Part shown: piece by piece, positions 61,698 to 64,000 of the stretch
Layout of the letters: each line of letters opens with the position of its first letter
Position numbering within the stretch: the stretch's first letter is position 1
Virus record (IMG/VR): IMGVR_UViG_3300049574_000143
Span: 4,358-68,357 of that record
From: a virus
Lineage: Duplodnaviria > Caudoviricetes
Reading direction: 5' to 3' (one strand)
DNA: 64,000 nucleotides
Notes under the pieces: generated by a model
Database searches by the model: none
What the model was told of the DNA's origin: nothing
Seen by the model: the letters and a program-made list of their open reading frames with translations, nothing else
Made by a program: the position numbers and the translations under genes

Positions 61698-62701
61698 CAG
61701 TCGTCAAGCCCCCTCGACTGGACGATGATTCGGCGCGAATCGTCGAATTCGACCGCGATAACGCGGACACCGAAGACGCGTGTCTCGCCCTGAATTTTGA
61801 TCGTCGGCAGCACCGCTATCGACATGGCGCCCCTGGCGACCGTCGCGCCGGCTATGGCCGAGGACATCTTCGGCAGGGTCGAGGTGATTCCACCTGAAGC
61901 CGCAGCAGGCTGGCCTGCGCCCACACCCACAAAGGCGACCGACGGCAGAGTGACGGACAGGGTGGAGTCATTGTGCGGCTCGCCGGCGAAGTCGGACGAG
62001 ACCACCGGAAGGGCGGAGACTACATTTCCCGAGACCGGTGTCGCCGCCGACTTCAGGGCGATCGTCGCCTCAAGGTTGTCGGACTCGGCTTGCGAACAGC
62101 TGACGGCGAGGCCGGCCTTACTGCCCGAGGTGGTGAAGTCGGCGTTGTCGGTGTACTGCGAATTCGAGTAGCAAACGGAACCGCCGGAGTAGACGCCGAC
62201 GTCGACAACCTCGGTGACGCCGCCATTCGCCGTCGAGAACGTGGGGACCGTGCTGCCCACGTAACGGCAGGCCCGAATATAGACCAATCGGCCGTCCGTG
62301 ACGGCAACGGTAGCTGTGGGGCCGGTGTGGGGTTCCGAAAGGGAACCCGACATGAGCTGCGCGTAATTGGTCCCGATCGGGGTCGTGTTATCCACGCCAG
62401 ACCAGGCTGAGAGCGACAGCACTAGCGGGAAGGCTGATGGAACGCTGAAGGTGTAGCTGGTTGGCTCGGAGGCGCCGGCAACCTTGTAATACACGCCGGT
62501 CGACCAAGAGTCGCCGGTAGTTCCAGACGCATTGACGTAGAAGAGCTGCGTCCAACCCGAAGGACGCGTCACCGTCTGGTTATTATTAGTAAAGACGGCG
62601 AGCAGGAGGTCTCCGGAAATTACCCCGGCCGGCTTGTTTGCCGTTACCGATGTCCCGCTCGCCGCCGTCGCGGTTGCTGCCGTGCCGCGAAGGGCGACCA
62701 T
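61697..62701 (-). CDS. Appendage protein (one module plus LP repeats)
   Basis: ANKPAGVISGDLLLAVF..RPSGWTQL; SALPVV, VTLPSV, STLPKM. Confidence 0.8.
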   Translation of the reverse strand: MVALRGTAATATAASGTSVTANKPAGVISGDLLLAVFTNNNQTVTRPSGWTQLFYVNASGTTGDSWSTGVYYKVAGASEPTSYTFSVPSAFPLVLSLSAWSGVDNTTPIGTNYAQLMSGSLSEPHTGPTATVAVTDGRLVYIRACRYVGSTVPTFSTANGGVTEVVDVGVYSGGSVCYSNSQYTDNADFTTSGSKAGLAVSCSQAESDNLEATIALKSAATPVSGNVVSALPVVSSDFAGEPHNDSTLSVTLPSVAFVGVGAGQPAAASGGITSTLPKMSSAIAGATVARGAMSIAVLPTIKIQGETRVFGVRVIAVEFDDSRRIIVQSRGLDD

Positions 62702-62742
62702 GTCTCCCGACCTCCTAAATCAGCGGCATGGCAAGGTCGTTA

Positions 62743-63057
62743 TCAGACCTCGGGGTTGAGGTAATTCATGACGACATCCCGCTCGTAGACAGAGTCATCG
62801 ACCGCCTCACAGATCAGGCGGAGCACTGCCTGAATCGGCCCCGACGTCTCGTCCGTACTGAGCTCCCAATACCACCGGTTCCGCACGGAATAGGTCTCAT
62901 CAGCCTGCGGGTAACAACCGTTGACCCTCACGGTGTCGGGCACCTGAAAGCCGCCACTGACTGCTCGATATCCGGGCGGTACGTCGATGTAGAACTGCTC
63001 ACTTGACGCAGGGGTGCTCACGTTGACAACGGACGTAATTATGACGCGATTCTGCAT
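62743..63057 (-). CDS. Hypothetical structural protein
   Basis: PPGYRAVSGGF..V..YP pattern; AAGGAG RBS. Confidence 0.65.
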   Translation of the reverse strand: MQNRVIITSVVNVSTPASSEQFYIDVPPGYRAVSGGFQVPDTVRVNGCYPQADETYSVRNRWYWELSTDETSGPIQAVLRLICEAVDDSVYERDVVMNYLNPEV

Positions 63058-63081
63058 GGATTCTCCTTCTCATTACCCGTA

Positions 63082-63504
63082 TCAGCTGGTCGGCATCGTC
63101 ACCGTGCCGGAGGTGATAGTCACGTTGACGCCTGAAGTGATCGAGGTCGTGTTCAGGTTCAGCTGCTGGCCGGACGTACCGACCGACCCCTGGAGGACCA
63201 CCGTGGTTCCGTCCGACTTGAGCAGCCGGAAGTACACGGCGGTTCCGGTCGTGCTGGCCGGAACGGTCAGGGGCACGCCCGCCGTACCGCCGGCCATGTC
63301 GATGACTCCGCCGGACGCCGACCCGAAGGCACTTGCGCCGAGAGTGAAGGTGGCCAGGGCGCTGCCGGTCGCGGCCGTGTCAGCGGTCGCCGGCTCCGAG
63401 ACTCCGGTTCCGCCGTAGATGACGATCTTTCCGCCGGAACCGACGGTCGTGTTGACAGCGTTGGCCAGGGCGTTCGCCGTGGCCGTGGCGAGCTTCGTTG
63501 CCAT
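63082..63504 (-). CDS. Conserved phage structural protein
   Basis: IYGGT..PATAD...LATFTL...GTA.YFRL..DG..VLQG.VG.SG..LNLNTTSI. Confidence 0.75.
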   Translation of the reverse strand: MATKLATATANALANAVNTTVGSGGKIVIYGGTGVSEPATADTAATGSALATFTLGASAFGSASGGVIDMAGGTAGVPLTVPASTTGTAVYFRLLKSDGTTVVLQGSVGTSGQQLNLNTTSITSGVNVTITSGTVTMPTS

Positions 63505-63522
63505 GGTTAATTCCCTATTCAG

Positions 63523-63801
63523 TTATCGCTGCGTACAGCGGAGAGTGAAGGAGCGATCGTCTATTCGACCGTCCGAAGTGGTGATCCGATTGGTCACCCG
63601 ATAGACCTGACTCTCGGAACCCCCGGAAAGCCAGACGGTCGCAGTTCGCTGGGTATGCCCGAACGACTCAACGACAATTCCGGGGTCCACTATGAATTCC
63701 GTGTCGGTAATCGTCTCGAATTCACCCAGCCACAGCGACCAGTCGAAGATCCAATCGAGCGTGGCGTCGGGGTCTTTCTTGTGGTCCTTGAATACAGCCA
63801 T
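63523..63801 (-). CDS. Putative fibre-tail adaptor protein
   Basis: KDPDATLDW.FDW..WL...TVWLSGG...Y.VTNRITT.DGR..DRSF.L; AGGAGG RBS. Confidence 0.7.
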   Translation of the reverse strand: MAVFKDHKKDPDATLDWIFDWSLWLGEFETITDTEFIVDPGIVVESFGHTQRTATVWLSGGSESQVYRVTNRITTSDGRIDDRSFTLRCTQR

Positions 63802-64000
63802 CTATTCAACCTCCTTTTCGGCTGAATAGCGACCTACAAGCTGGGACCTGAGCCGGCCAGGGACCTCGGGGAGCTGCGTGCTCGACCCTCTTCGCGCCCC
63901 TGGCCGGAGTTTCTTTCGAGTGAAAGCTCTTTACCTGGAGTTTTTCCGGGGAAAGCTTGATCAACTCGTAAAATTTGCTGCGGGGAGAGAAAAGTTCGAC

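Noticed and set aside
1-64000. Integrated prophage with host flanks
   Set aside because: No host housekeeping genes at either end, and the recombinase is central, whereas integration would place it at a boundary.

Overview
This window is most of a roughly 68% GC actinobacterial siphophage genome; the host is most likely Streptomyces or a close relative. It appears in free-phage gene order, not as an integrated prophage, and nearly all genes are on the minus strand. Reading the minus strand from position 64000: (1) a ~12 kb block of fibre, spike and appendage genes placed unusually upstream of the terminase; (2) an HK97-type head module (TerS, TerL, portal, protease, major capsid); (3) connector and tail genes with a -1 frameshift chaperone pair, tape measure with an SLT domain, and minor tail proteins; (4) an atypical lysis and cell-wall cassette: a secreted Rpf-NlpC/P60-LysM protein, a DivIVA homologue, a CHAP endolysin and two holin-like membrane proteins; (5) a short plus-strand lysogeny island (tyrosine recombinase, XRE repressor, membrane proteins); (6) a ~25 kb arm of early and replication genes (Cas4-like nuclease, SSB-like protein, prim-pol, DEDD exonuclease, RepA-type helicase, dCMP deaminase, two EndoVII, HNH) with no recognisable family A/B/C DNA polymerase. 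The most notable observations are the phage DivIVA plus Rpf cassette, an FSQP peptide motif found in four replication proteins with different codons, the modular appendage cluster (including a GH16 glycosidase and a beta-helix spike with a duplicated lectin insert), and several repeated non-coding elements. All family calls come from motif recognition by eye, with no database search. No tRNA, rRNA or CRISPR array was seen.
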